Positions 44,954 through 54,577 of a stretch of 64,000 nucleotides of DNA are shown in pieces. Location: assembly GCA_040219255.1 (NCBI GenBank), contig JAVJSW010000060.1, positions 32,001-96,000 of the forward strand. The letters are read 5' to 3'. Every line of letters begins with the position of its first letter. Positions within the stretch are counted from its first letter, which is position 1. This DNA comes from Sumerlaeia bacterium. GTDB taxonomy: Bacteria > Sumerlaeota > Sumerlaeia > SLMS01 > JAHLLQ01. Under the pieces are notes generated by a model. It was not told where the DNA came from, did not search any database, and saw nothing but the letters and a program-made list of their open reading frames with translations. Both the position numbers and the translations under genes were made by a program.

Positions 44954-45425
44954 AAGCGGCCTGCGGAGGTGGGGGGATGGGGGCGAAGGCTCTGTCGAGG
45001 ATTTGAGAAGAGCGGAAGGAAATAGTGGCCTCGGCGACAAAAGGTTCCGCGAGGTGAAGCCCTTGCCTTGGCGCGAGGAAGCGGAAGCCGAGGGAGCCGG
45101 GGACGGGGGCTTCGGAGCGGGGCGGGGCGCCCTCGCCGCAGGGCATAGCGAGGATGGGCGTGCCGTCGGCGGGCGGGGGCGTTTGGCGCGCCGGGCTGCA
45201 GCAGCAGTGCGGCTGGCCGAATTCGTCGAGGCTGCAATACCCGTTCACCGACCGGCAGCAGGCGCAGCAGACGTTGCTCTCGGGGGTGGGGGGCTCCTCT
45301 CGCGATTCGGCGGCGGCAGTGGGAGGCGCGAAGGCGGGGGAAACGACGATGGCGGCGAACTCGGCCAGTCCGTTGAGGGCGAAGATCGCCAGGAATAGGA
45401 TGGAGTAGAGGCGCTGTTTCATCAT
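44952..45425 (-). CDS. Cys-rich exported protein with C-terminal PPPP (DUF2946/CutF-like leader candidate)
   Basis: Signal/TM N-terminus, CCACC and HCCC clusters, ends APIPPPPQAA. Confidence 0.6.
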   Translation of the reverse strand: MMKQRLYSILFLAIFALNGLAEFAAIVVSPAFAPPTAAAESREEPPTPESNVCCACCRSVNGYCSLDEFGQPHCCCSPARQTPPPADGTPILAMPCGEGAPPRSEAPVPGSLGFRFLAPRQGLHLAEPFVAEATISFRSSQILDRAFAPIPPPPQAA

Positions 45426-45467
45426 TGCTCGCGCGCGAGGGGTTCCCCAAGGTGGCGCCAGCCGTCA

Positions 45468-46385
45468 ATGGAAAGGCGCGACACGTTGGGGAGCATCTCA
45501 GACGAGCACAATCTGGACCGGACGGTGCTGCGCGTGGGTACGCGCGGGTCGGCGCTGGCCCGCGCCCAGACGGCGCTGGTGGTGGAGGCGCTGAAGGCGG
45601 CGCGGCCGGAATTGCTGATCGAGGAAACGATCATCCGCACCGAGGGCGACCGGCGCCAGGACGTGGCGCTGCGGGAATTCGGCGGCAAGGGCGCCTTCAC
45701 CAAGGAGCTGGAGGTGGCGCTGGCGGAGGGACGGATCGACTGCGCGGTGCATAGTCTGAAGGACTTGCCGACGGCGATGCCCGATGGCCTGGCACTGGGC
45801 GCGGTGATGGCCCGGGGAAACCCGATGGATGTGCTGGTGGCGCGCGAGGAAATCGACCTCGCCACGTTCGAGGGCCTCGCCGGGACGTCGAGCCTGCGGC
45901 GGACGGCGCAGCTCCAATGGAAGCACCCGCACCTGCGCACCGCCGACATCCGGGGCAACGTGCCGACGCGGCTGGAGAAGCTGATGCGGGGGGAATTCGA
46001 CGCGCTGGTGCTGGCGGCGGCGGGGATCGAGCGGCTGGGCCTGGCGGTGCCGTGGATGCGGCCATTCGCGCTGGAGGACATGTATCCGGCGCCGGGCCAG
46101 GGCGCCATCGCGGTGCAGGTCCGCGCCGGCGAGGAGGAAGCCTTTTCCGCCATCCACGACCCGGTGACGGCGGCCTGCGTGGCGGCGGAGCGCGCGTTTC
46201 TGGCGGCGCTCGGTGGCGGATGCCACGCGCCGGTGGGGGCCCTGGGAGAGCACCTCGGCGGCGGCATGTTGGGGATCAAGGGGCGGTTGATGCGCGATGG
46301 CGAATGCCTCGAAGCGCGGTCGGTGGGCGGGATAAATCGCGCCGAAATGATCGGCGAAATGGCGGCGGAGATGTTGGAACGATGA
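45468..46385 (+). CDS. hemC: Hydroxymethylbilane synthase (porphobilinogen deaminase)
   Basis: GTRGSALARAQ, GKGAFTKELE, VHSLKDLP, GTSSLRR, IRGNVPTR, GGGCHAP. Confidence 0.97.
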   Translation: MERRDTLGSISDEHNLDRTVLRVGTRGSALARAQTALVVEALKAARPELLIEETIIRTEGDRRQDVALREFGGKGAFTKELEVALAEGRIDCAVHSLKDLPTAMPDGLALGAVMARGNPMDVLVAREEIDLATFEGLAGTSSLRRTAQLQWKHPHLRTADIRGNVPTRLEKLMRGEFDALVLAAAGIERLGLAVPWMRPFALEDMYPAPGQGAIAVQVRAGEEEAFSAIHDPVTAACVAAERAFLAALGGGCHAPVGALGEHLGGGMLGIKGRLMRDGECLEARSVGGINRAEMIGEMAAEMLER

Positions 46386-47134
46386 AACATGCGGCGATTG
46401 TGACAGGCGACGAGTCGCCGGAGGACGGGCCCCTGGGCCGGGCGCTGCGGGCGCGCGGGTTCGAGGCGGTGGTGTGCCCGTTGGTGCGGGCTTTTCCGCC
46501 GCACGACGACGGGCCGCTGCGCGAGGCGGTGGCGCGTGTGGGGGAATTCGATTGGGTGGCCTTCACGAGTGCGCGCGCCGTGGCTGCCGTAGCGGAATTG
46601 TGCGGGGGATCGCTCGCCGGTTTGGGCGCGCGGGTGGCCTGCGTGGGCAACGCCACAGCGCGGGCGGTGGAGGAGCGCGGCGGCACGGTGGTAGTCCTTC
46701 CCGTCGACGTGGGAGGCGCCGGTTTGGCCCGCGCGATGGCGGGGGCGGCGGATTTGCGGGGGCGGCGCGTGTTGTACCCTCGAGCGGAGAGCGCCCGGCC
46801 GGACCTGGCGGAGGGACTGCGCGGCGCCGGGGCCGAAGTGGTGGACCCGGTGGCCTATCGCATGGAGCCCGTGCGCGATCACGGCGAATTGGCGCAGGCG
46901 CTGGAGGCTTGGCCGGACGCGGCGGTGCTCTTGTGCAGCGCCTCGGCGGCGGAGGCGCTGGCCGGCTCGGACGTGGTGGCGCGGATGGCGGGGCGAGTGA
47001 TCGGTTCCATGGGCCCAACGACCTCGCGCGCGGCGCGGGCGGTTGGTCTGGAGGTTAGTTTCGAGCCGGAGGAGCGGTCGTTTGCGGGACTGGTGGAGGC
47101 GTTGGAGGAGGTGGCCACGGATGGCCACGGTTAG
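46382..47134 (+). CDS. hemD: Uroporphyrinogen-III synthase
   Basis: FDWVAFTSARAV, ACVGNATA, SASAA, MGPTTS; ATGA overlap with hemC. Confidence 0.88.
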   Translation: MKHAAIVTGDESPEDGPLGRALRARGFEAVVCPLVRAFPPHDDGPLREAVARVGEFDWVAFTSARAVAAVAELCGGSLAGLGARVACVGNATARAVEERGGTVVVLPVDVGGAGLARAMAGAADLRGRRVLYPRAESARPDLAEGLRGAGAEVVDPVAYRMEPVRDHGELAQALEAWPDAAVLLCSASAAEALAGSDVVARMAGRVIGSMGPTTSRAARAVGLEVSFEPEERSFAGLVEALEEVATDGHG

Positions 47135-47462
47135 GGGGGGCGGATTTTTCGGAGATAGGTTTGGATGCGAGGGAGGAAGGGGCCTTGAGAATATGAATTT
47201 TTAGATTGGGCAAAATTGTCGGAATGCGGTGTCTTCTTACTCGGTGAGGAAATGCGGGGGAACCGGGTTCAATCATTCGAGTCCTAATCCGGCACCGACA
47301 GAGCAGTATTCAGAATGGGCATCAAGCGACTCTCCGCTGTAAGAGGGGATGTGCCATTTCCCATCTTCCCACAAATCGATTGAAGCCCCAACCCCAGCGC
47401 TCCTTCCCCGAAAATCAGCCTTCGCCCTCCCATCCGAATCCCAATCCGTGCCCATCCGTGGC
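47114..47462. repeat. Intergenic islet F bounded by GCCACGGATG inverted repeats, between hemD and hemB
   Basis: Left GCCACGGATGGCCACGGTT; right end reverse-complements to GCCACGGATGGGCACGGATT; AT-richer interior. Confidence 0.7.
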
Positions 47463-47489
47463 TAAACCCGACCCCAGGACCCACGCCTC

Positions 47490-48479
47490 ATGACCCCACC
47501 CACGCCCCCTTTTCCCCAGCGCCGCATGCGGCGCCTTCGCCGCACGGAAGCCCTCCGCGCCATGCTGCGCGAAACGCGGCTCAGTGCGAGCCAGTTCGTC
47601 TATCCGATGTTCGCCCGGCCCGGCGGCGGGGTGCGCAATCCGATCTCGTCCATGCCCGGATGCTTTCAGCTCTCCGTGGACGAACTGGTCAAGGACGCCC
47701 GCGTGGCCTTCGACGCGGGGGTGCCGGCGGTGATTCTCTTTGGCATTCCCGAGTCCAAAGACGCCGCCGGATCCGCCGGTTGCTCGGCGGATGGGATCGT
47801 CCCCCGGGCGATCCAGGCGCTCAAGGACGCGCTTCCGGACCTGATGGTGTGGGCCGATGTGTGCCTGTGCGAATACACCGACCACGGCCATTGCGGGCTG
47901 CTGACGGACGCGGGCGAGGTGGATAACGACGCGACGCTGGAGGTCCTGACCCGCGCGGCGCTGGCCTATGCCGAGGCGGGCGCCGACGTCATCGCCCCCA
48001 GCGACATGATGGACGGGCGCGTCGCCGCCATCCGTGCCGGGCTCGATGGCGCCGGGTTCACCCACACCCCAATCGTCAGCTACGCCGCCAAGTACGCGTC
48101 GGCCTTCTACGGCCCCTTCCGCGAGGCCGCCGAGAGCGCCCCCCAATTCGGCGACCGCCGCGCCTATCAGATGGACCCCGCCAACAGCGACGAAGCCCTG
48201 CGCGAGGTCGAACTCGACATCGCCGAAGGCGCCGACATCGTCATGGTCAAACCGGCCCTCGCCTATCTCGACGTCATCCGGCGCGTGAAGGACACGTTCA
48301 ACATCCCCGTCGCCGCCTACAACGTCAGCGGCGAATACGCCATGCTGCACGCGGCGGCCGAGCGGGGCTGGATCGATTACGAGCGCGCCATGATGGAAAG
48401 CCTGACCGCCATCCGCCGCGCCGGAGCCGACATCATCCTGACGTACCACGCGGTCGAGGCGGCGCGGTTGCTGCGGTAG
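47490..48479 (+). CDS. hemB: Porphobilinogen synthase (ALA dehydratase), Zn-binding type
   Basis: [52 protein letters not shown]. Confidence 0.98.
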   Translation: MTPPTPPFPQRRMRRLRRTEALRAMLRETRLSASQFVYPMFARPGGGVRNPISSMPGCFQLSVDELVKDARVAFDAGVPAVILFGIPESKDAAGSAGCSADGIVPRAIQALKDALPDLMVWADVCLCEYTDHGHCGLLTDAGEVDNDATLEVLTRAALAYAEAGADVIAPSDMMDGRVAAIRAGLDGAGFTHTPIVSYAAKYASAFYGPFREAAESAPQFGDRRAYQMDPANSDEALREVELDIAEGADIVMVKPALAYLDVIRRVKDTFNIPVAAYNVSGEYAMLHAAAERGWIDYERAMMESLTAIRRAGADIILTYHAVEAARLLR

Positions 48480-48942
48480 GAGGGAAGGGGCTGGGTTGAC
48501 CTCGCGAGGCAAGGCAGAACGTTGGGGATTCCAAGGCTTCCCTCCGCCCTTTCCGCGTGAACGCGGGACGACGAGCACCCCCAATCCGCGCCCCTTCACC
48601 TCACTTCGCACCTCCAAACCCCTCCCATTCCCCGACTTACCCGCCCGTAAGCTCCTTTTGTCCGTTTAGTGCGGTAAGTGTATTTTGTCTTTCTTGTCCC
48701 CGAAGCTCCACATGAGGGGACAAACGGCGGGGGCTGTGAGACCCTCCTTCCTGTTCGATCTCGAATCCCAGGAGGCGCCTCGCCATGACCCACTTTTCCA
48801 CTTCTCCCCACGCCCCTTCCCACCACGAAACCCAGCGATTCCACGTTCGTGGCGCCGCGCGGTTCGAACCGGGGGCTCAACCGCTCGGAGTCCCGCCCTC
48901 AGGCGGAAAACGCCCAAGGAAGCCGCCTTCCCTGGCGCTCGC

Positions 48943-49308
48943 CTACTCGTCGCGGTGCACCGTCCCCGGCGAAAAGGCCGGCAGGCAGACGGCGATGTAC
49001 TCGGCGCCCTCCTCCGTCGGCGTCGAGTACCGCACCCATTCCCCCGCGCGGGTGTGGATCGCCTGGCCGGCGGCCACGTCGATGGGCGAACCGTTCTCGA
49101 CCTCTACGCGCAGCAGCCCCTTCAGAACCACCGTGTATTCGTCGAATTCCGGGCGCTGGCCCGGTTCTTCCCAGCCCCCTGGCGATCGCATGTGGGCGAC
49201 GCTGAGGGCCGTGTCGCCGCTGTTCACGGCGCCGAAGTATTCGTCGATCAGCTTGGGCTTGGTGCCGGCGGCTTCGATGCGGGTGGGCGAGGGGATGAGC
49301 TGGGGCAT
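48943..49308 (-). CDS. Cupin domain protein
   Basis: 121 aa; KPKLIDEYFG, GWEEPGQRPEFDEY, YIAVCLPAFSP. Confidence 0.85.
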   Translation of the reverse strand: MPQLIPSPTRIEAAGTKPKLIDEYFGAVNSGDTALSVAHMRSPGGWEEPGQRPEFDEYTVVLKGLLRVEVENGSPIDVAAGQAIHTRAGEWVRYSTPTEEGAEYIAVCLPAFSPGTVHRDE

Positions 49309-49387
49309 GGGTCGCGGATCTCCAGGAGGGATCAGAGGAATTTGGAACCTCGGATGGACGCGGATGGACGCGGAGTCAAGGGGGGGA

Positions 49388-50035
49388 TCAAAGCCCAACG
49401 ACGCTGCCGCCCACGGAAACCGGGAACTCCACACCTTCGTATTCAAAGACCACTTCGCCGGGCAGGATGTCTTTGACGACGATCGAGGGGTAGGCGTCCA
49501 CAACGTCCCCCTTGGCCTGGATGTCGTTCGCGATCAGGACGAAGGAATTTTCCGGTTCGGCCACGTCGTAGACGACACCGATGGTGTTGTTCCGAACCCA
49601 TTCGGGCAGTTCGATGACGCCCTCGCCGGGACCCGGGATGATGACGCCCTTGTGCTGGCTCAGGTGGGTCGTGATCCGCGCCAGGAGGTCCTGCGCCTCG
49701 GCCCGTTCGGCGTCGGTCAGTTCCACCGACGGGTCGGCGAGGAGAACTTCCAGAAGGTTCCGCGCCGCGGTCCAGTCGGCCCGCTGGCGGCTGTCCATCA
49801 GGGTGCGGACCTGGGCGAGGAGATCACTGGCGGTGACGGCCTCGCCATCGGTGGTGCGCAGCAGTTTCCACTCCGGGATCATCGGGTCGGCGCCGTCGGC
49901 GATGTAGATGAATTCGGCGCCCATGCCGAGATCGGAGATGAGGATTTCGAGGGTGGCGCCGGCCGGATCGGCGGCGCGGGCGGTGCCGGCGGCCAGCAGC
50001 GCGGCGGCTCCGAGGGCGAAAAAGGTCTTCATCAT
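49388..50035 (-). CDS. Secreted hypothetical protein
   Basis: Classic signal peptide MKTFFALGAAALLAAGTARA; host-like codons. Confidence 0.7.
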   Translation of the reverse strand: MMKTFFALGAAALLAAGTARAADPAGATLEILISDLGMGAEFIYIADGADPMIPEWKLLRTTDGEAVTASDLLAQVRTLMDSRQRADWTAARNLLEVLLADPSVELTDAERAEAQDLLARITTHLSQHKGVIIPGPGEGVIELPEWVRNNTIGVVYDVAEPENSFVLIANDIQAKGDVVDAYPSIVVKDILPGEVVFEYEGVEFPVSVGGSVVGL

Positions 50036-50216
50036 GGCGCAGGGGCTCCTGAAGTCGGGTGGATTCCAGCACTCGAATACGGAAAACCCCTGCAAAACGC
50101 AAGGACAGCTTTGGAGAAACGGCCTCGATCCCTTCCCCGCGGAGAGACACCCAGTTCAGTAGGCCCACGGGCTGGAGAGGGCTCGCGCACTATTCCTTTG
50201 ATAAGCCTGAAGTTAG

Positions 50217-50243
50217 AAGGTGTCACGGGCGCCCCGCCCGTAC
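50217..50243 (+). repeat. Degenerate REP-like palindrome, copy 3
   Basis: AAGGTGTCACGGGCGCCCCGCCCGTAC resembles copies 1 and 2. Confidence 0.45.
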
Positions 50244-50293
50244 TGGGCGGCGCTTTTTCTCGAACAGGTGGGCCACAGACTGGAGAGTCTGTG

Positions 50294-51676
50294 CTACACC
50301 TTCAGGAACCACTTCTTCTTGTAGAACACCGTCAGCACCACGAGCCACAGGGCCAGGTTCACCACGGAATAGGAGAACGAAGCGAGCTTGTCGGGGCCGA
50401 TCCAGGAGTCGAAGAGGTTGTTGTAGATCCAGGTCTTGAGAGCGACGCCTTCGCCGACTTTGATGACGATCAGCAGGCGCCCGACAATGCCCGAGCCAAA
50501 GAACAGCAGAATGGCGTTCATGCCGAAAATGACGAAGGGCACACTCCACTTCCGCCATTTCATCACGTCGTTGAGCCAGTAGCACAGCGCCAGGAACAGC
50601 AGCGCCCAGCCGCCCATCAGGAGCACGTAGCTGCTGGTCCAGATCTTCTTGTTGATCGGGAAAACAAGGTCCCACGCCAGGCCCAGCACCAGCAGGACCG
50701 CGCCCGCGATGGCCATCCCGGCGGCGCGGCGCATGGGGGACTCGCCCTCCTTGCGCAGCCACTGGCCCGTCAGGACGCCCAGCAGCACCGTCGCCACCGA
50801 GGGGATGGTGGACAAGAGGCCTTCCGGGTCGGGGCGATGGCTGTAGAGATGATCGCCGAGGAGCTTCACATCGATCCAGTCGTGCAGCAGACCCGGGAAC
50901 GGCGCGTCGGCGGGGGCGTCGGGTTTGACGCCTTCGGCAAAGTCGTAGCCGTCGGGCGCATCGATGAGCAGGCAAATGAGATAGTAGAGCACCATCAGTC
51001 CCACGGCCCAGGCCGTCCGGCCCTTCCAGCCCCGGCAAAAGACCATGACGATCGTGCCGAGAATGTAGGCGAGGGCGATGCGGGCGAGGACGCCGGGCAC
51101 GCGGATCGTCCAGGCGCTGACGCCTTCGATGGCGTTGAGGTCGTTGGTCAGGGGGAAGAGGGCTTTCCAGCTCAGCGCCACGGTGTCGCCCTGGAAATGG
51201 GCGAAATCCAGGATGAACCAGAGGAAGGCGGCGCCGAGCGTCGCCAACCCGCCGACCAGCCACGGTTTGCCGTTTTCCTTCGACTCGCCCGTCTCGGCGA
51301 TCTTGAGCCCGGCGATCAGCAGCAGCCACGGCATCAGGAGCCGCAGGTTGGGAAAGCCGGTCATGATCATTCCGAGGGCGAACAGGACAGCGGCGCGTTC
51401 GCCGGCCTTGCGCAGGATCGGGCCGCGCGGCGCCCCGGCGTTCAGCCGGCGGTCCAGGCTGAACACCATCGCCACGCCCACGATGAACAGGAAGAACGGA
51501 AAAATGAAATCCGTCGGCGTCCATCCGTCCCACTGGGCATGCGTCAGGGGCTTGTACATCGCGCCCCAGGTACCCGGGTTGTTCACGATGATCATGGCGG
51601 CGATGGTGATGCCGCGGAAATTGTCCAGAGAAACGAGCCGCTCGGGTTTCGTGGCGGTCTGCTCGAGGTCGCGCAT
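50294..51676 (-). CDS. Heparan-alpha-glucosaminide N-acetyltransferase-like (DUF5009/NagX-type) membrane acyltransferase
   Basis: RLVSLDNFRG, MIIVNNPG, DFIFPFFLFIVG, DPEGLLST, PINKKIWTSSY, FGMNA. Confidence 0.9.
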   Translation of the reverse strand: MRDLEQTATKPERLVSLDNFRGITIAAMIIVNNPGTWGAMYKPLTHAQWDGWTPTDFIFPFFLFIVGVAMVFSLDRRLNAGAPRGPILRKAGERAAVLFALGMIMTGFPNLRLLMPWLLLIAGLKIAETGESKENGKPWLVGGLATLGAAFLWFILDFAHFQGDTVALSWKALFPLTNDLNAIEGVSAWTIRVPGVLARIALAYILGTIVMVFCRGWKGRTAWAVGLMVLYYLICLLIDAPDGYDFAEGVKPDAPADAPFPGLLHDWIDVKLLGDHLYSHRPDPEGLLSTIPSVATVLLGVLTGQWLRKEGESPMRRAAGMAIAGAVLLVLGLAWDLVFPINKKIWTSSYVLLMGGWALLFLALCYWLNDVMKWRKWSVPFVIFGMNAILLFFGSGIVGRLLIVIKVGEGVALKTWIYNNLFDSWIGPDKLASFSYSVVNLALWLVVLTVFYKKKWFLKV

Positions 51677-51771
51677 GGGCGCTGGCCCTCCATAAACTTC
51701 AGGATGAAAGCCGTTGTGTCATCGGGCGTGAAGCGGGCACAAGCGGGGATTGCAAAAAGTTGCGTGCCTCC

Positions 51772-53247
51772 CTACTTTCTTCGCAGCAGCCGCAGGCCAA
51801 GGCCCGCCGTCTCGCGGTCCAGAAGCCAGAGCGCGCCGAAATACCCGGCCGCCGCCACGGGGCTGAGGGCCAGGGCGAGCCAGCCTTCCCCCGCCAGCCA
51901 GCGCGTCGCCCACCAGGCTCCGCCCACCGCCATCCACAGCGGCACGTACCGCAGCCACGCGGCATGGAAGCGCGCCTGGCCCTCGCCCAGAAGCCAGCCC
52001 ATCAGGGCGCCATGCACCATCCAGAGCGCGGCGGAAACGACCGCGAAGGCGGCGATGGCGCCCTCCACGCCCCAGCGCGCGCCAAGGACGATGGCACCGG
52101 CGCGGAGCACCACGGCGGCGATGTTCCAGAACAGGCCGACCTCGGGCCGGTCGCGCAGGACGTCGAGGCTGGAAATCGGCGAAAACACCCCCACGAACAG
52201 CAGATACATCGCCAGCCACGGCACCAGCGGCGCCGCCGCCTCGGCCCATTCCGGCCCGAGCACGGCGCGGACGATGGTGGCGGAGAAGAGCGCGAGCCAA
52301 ATCAGGAACGGCGCGATGAAGGCGGCGGAGCCCCGCAGCGCCTGGTAGACCCGGGCGCGCAGGTCGTCTTCGGAAAGGCCGGACAGGCTCGGGAAGACCA
52401 CTCGCCCCAGCGCCCCCACCAGCAGCAGCAACGGCAGCGTGATCAGGAAGTTGCTGGACGAAAAGGCCGCCACGGCAGCGGGGCCGATCAGGCCGCCAAG
52501 GAGCAGGGCCGGAGCCTGGGCGCTGGCGATGTTGAGACCCTGATCCGCCGCCAGCACGCCGCAGAATCGCCGATGGCGCCTTAACAGCGCCCGGAACCGC
52601 CGGGCCGTCTGGCGCGGGCGCGCCAGCACCGCGCCCCATGATTTCCACCGTCCGCGCCAGAGAAACCAGGCTTCGATGGCCTCCGCCGCCGCGAACGCCA
52701 CGTACAGCGCCCAGGTCTCGGGCAGCACCGCCAGCAGCCCCAAGCCTCCGAACCAGAGCGTCAGGGTCTGGAGGAACTCGCCGAAGCCGATGCGGCGGAA
52801 GGCGAGTTCGGCGGCCAGGACGGGCTTGATGGCGGTTTTCAAGGCCTGAATCGCCAGCACCAGCGGCACGAACCAGAGCAGCGTGGCGCGCTCGCCCGCC
52901 AAGCCCATGATCTCCGCGAGCAGCGGATGCGCCAGCAACACCACAGCCCCACAAGCCACCGCCATCGCCACCAGCGCCCCCACGAGGCCCTGGGCATAGG
53001 CGCGGCGCCGGCTCGCTTCGCGCACGACCAATTGATCGAACCCCAGTGGCAACACCGCCAGCCCCACTAAGTGCAACGACGCCAGCGCTCGGTACGCGCC
53101 GAAGCCGTCCTCGGAGACCAGCCGTGCCACCGCCGCCAGCCCCGCCAGGCCCAGAAGGCGGGTGACGAAACTGGTGGCCAGGATCCAGCGCACGGCGCTG
53201 AAGGCCGAGGGCCGGCGGGCGATTTCGGCGGGAGCGGGGGTGGTCAC
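51772..53247 (-). CDS. Wzx-type oligosaccharide flippase
   Basis: About 12-14 hydrophobic segments; RVVFPSLS and VLGPEWAEA motifs. Confidence 0.8.
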   Translation of the reverse strand: MTTPAPAEIARRPSAFSAVRWILATSFVTRLLGLAGLAAVARLVSEDGFGAYRALASLHLVGLAVLPLGFDQLVVREASRRRAYAQGLVGALVAMAVACGAVVLLAHPLLAEIMGLAGERATLLWFVPLVLAIQALKTAIKPVLAAELAFRRIGFGEFLQTLTLWFGGLGLLAVLPETWALYVAFAAAEAIEAWFLWRGRWKSWGAVLARPRQTARRFRALLRRHRRFCGVLAADQGLNIASAQAPALLLGGLIGPAAVAAFSSSNFLITLPLLLLVGALGRVVFPSLSGLSEDDLRARVYQALRGSAAFIAPFLIWLALFSATIVRAVLGPEWAEAAAPLVPWLAMYLLFVGVFSPISSLDVLRDRPEVGLFWNIAAVVLRAGAIVLGARWGVEGAIAAFAVVSAALWMVHGALMGWLLGEGQARFHAAWLRYVPLWMAVGGAWWATRWLAGEGWLALALSPVAAAGYFGALWLLDRETAGLGLRLLRRK

Positions 53248-53467
53248 GGGGCGGTTTCGATTCCTCGGTTCGCCGATGGGGCCTGGCCGCTTCGCGAGAG
53301 CAAAACCTTCGGCATGTCGGCACTGGCATGTGGAAAACTGTAAGGCATAAGAAATCAGCTTTCCAGGCGCGCATTGGGGGCGGCGGGAATCTTGCCACCG
53401 AAGGCAGGAAAGGGCAGCGGCGGCCTCGGCGCGAGTCCTTTGTGATTTCCAGGAGCCGCGCCCCCCT

Positions 53468-54577
53468 TTGTCCGCGCCTTACAGGCCTTCCCATCCCGAG
53501 CCGATTCCCGGCGATCCGGTGCGCTCCGCCCGCCGGGCGGGGCTGCGCTATGTCAGCGACACCGAACCGGGCATCACCCGCCGCCGCGCGGGCAAGGGCT
53601 GGAGCTACCGCGATCCCTCCGGCGCGCGGATCGACGACCCGGCGGTGCGCGAGCGATGCAACCGGCTGGCCATCCCGCCGGCCTACCGCGATGTCTGGAT
53701 CTGTCCGGACCCGCGCGGCCATCTCCAGGCCACCGGCCGCGACGCCCGCGGGCGCAAACAGTACCGCTATCACGCACTCTGGCAGCGGATCCGCAATGCG
53801 CACAAATTCGATACGCTCATCGCCTTCGGGCATGCGCTGCCGGGGTTGCGGGCGCGGCTCGACGAGGACCTGCGGCGGCACCGGCTCTCGCGCGAGCGCG
53901 TCGTCGCCGCCGTGGTTCGATTGCTCGACCGGACCTTGATCCGCGTGGGCAACGATGAATACGCCCGCGAGAACGAGTCCTATGGCCTGACCACCATGAC
54001 CCAGGAGCACGTCGATGCGCGAGGGGGTTCGCTCACCTTCCATTTCCGCGGCAAGAGCGGCCGCCAGCACGAACTGTGCGTCACCGATCCCCGGGCGGCG
54101 CGGGTCGTGCGTCAGTGCGAGGAGTTGCCCGGCCAGCGCCTGTTCCAGTATCTGGACGGCGACGGCGGCCGCCACGCGGTTTCCAGCGAAGATGTGAACG
54201 ATTATCTGGAGACGGCGATGGGGCAGGAGTTTTCGGCGAAGGATTTCCGCACCTGGGGCGGCACCGTGGCTGCGGCGATGGCGCTGCGTGAGGCGGGGCC
54301 GCCGGATTCGGAGAAATCCGCGGACAAGGCCATCGTCTCCGCCATCAAGGAAGCGGCCGCCGTGCTGGGCAACACGGCTGCCACCTGCCGCAAGTACTAC
54401 GTCCACCCGGGCGTCCTCCAATCCTACCGCGAGGGCGGCCTCGCCAAAGCCTTCGACCGATGCCTGGGACAAGATCGCGAAGGCCTCCGCCCCGAGGAAG
54501 CGGCGGTCCTGTGCGTGCTGGAGCGGGAACGCGCCGAGAGCCTCGAACCTTTGACAGGAGAACGACATCCGCGATGA
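53468..54577 (+). CDS. Bacterial (poxvirus-like) DNA topoisomerase IB
   Basis: IPPAYRDVWI, GRDARGRKQYRYH, IRVGN, FRGKSG, KDFRTW, LGNT..CRKYYVHP; all catalytic residues present. Confidence 0.95.
   Translation: MSAPYRPSHPEPIPGDPVRSARRAGLRYVSDTEPGITRRRAGKGWSYRDPSGARIDDPAVRERCNRLAIPPAYRDVWICPDPRGHLQATGRDARGRKQYRYHALWQRIRNAHKFDTLIAFGHALPGLRARLDEDLRRHRLSRERVVAAVVRLLDRTLIRVGNDEYARENESYGLTTMTQEHVDARGGSLTFHFRGKSGRQHELCVTDPRAARVVRQCEELPGQRLFQYLDGDGGRHAVSSEDVNDYLETAMGQEFSAKDFRTWGGTVAAAMALREAGPPDSEKSADKAIVSAIKEAAAVLGNTAATCRKYYVHPGVLQSYREGGLAKAFDRCLGQDREGLRPEEAAVLCVLERERAESLEPLTGERHPR

Noticed and set aside
45917-46381. Long N-terminal extension of HemD or a hemC-hemD frameshift fusion
   Set aside because: HemC ends normally and hemD starts at an ATGA overlap; the extension is off-frame hemC sequence.
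11677-47462. ACCACAGAG repeats as a CRISPR array
   Set aside because: The copies are dispersed, degenerate and inverted rather than tandem with regular spacers, and there are no cas genes.
48785-52348. 1187-aa plus-strand ORF
   Set aside because: It lies antisense to four well-supported minus-strand genes and has no domain signature.
53468-54577. Tyrosine recombinase or integrase of a mobile element
   Set aside because: The motifs are those of topoisomerase IB, with no att sites or cargo boundaries.
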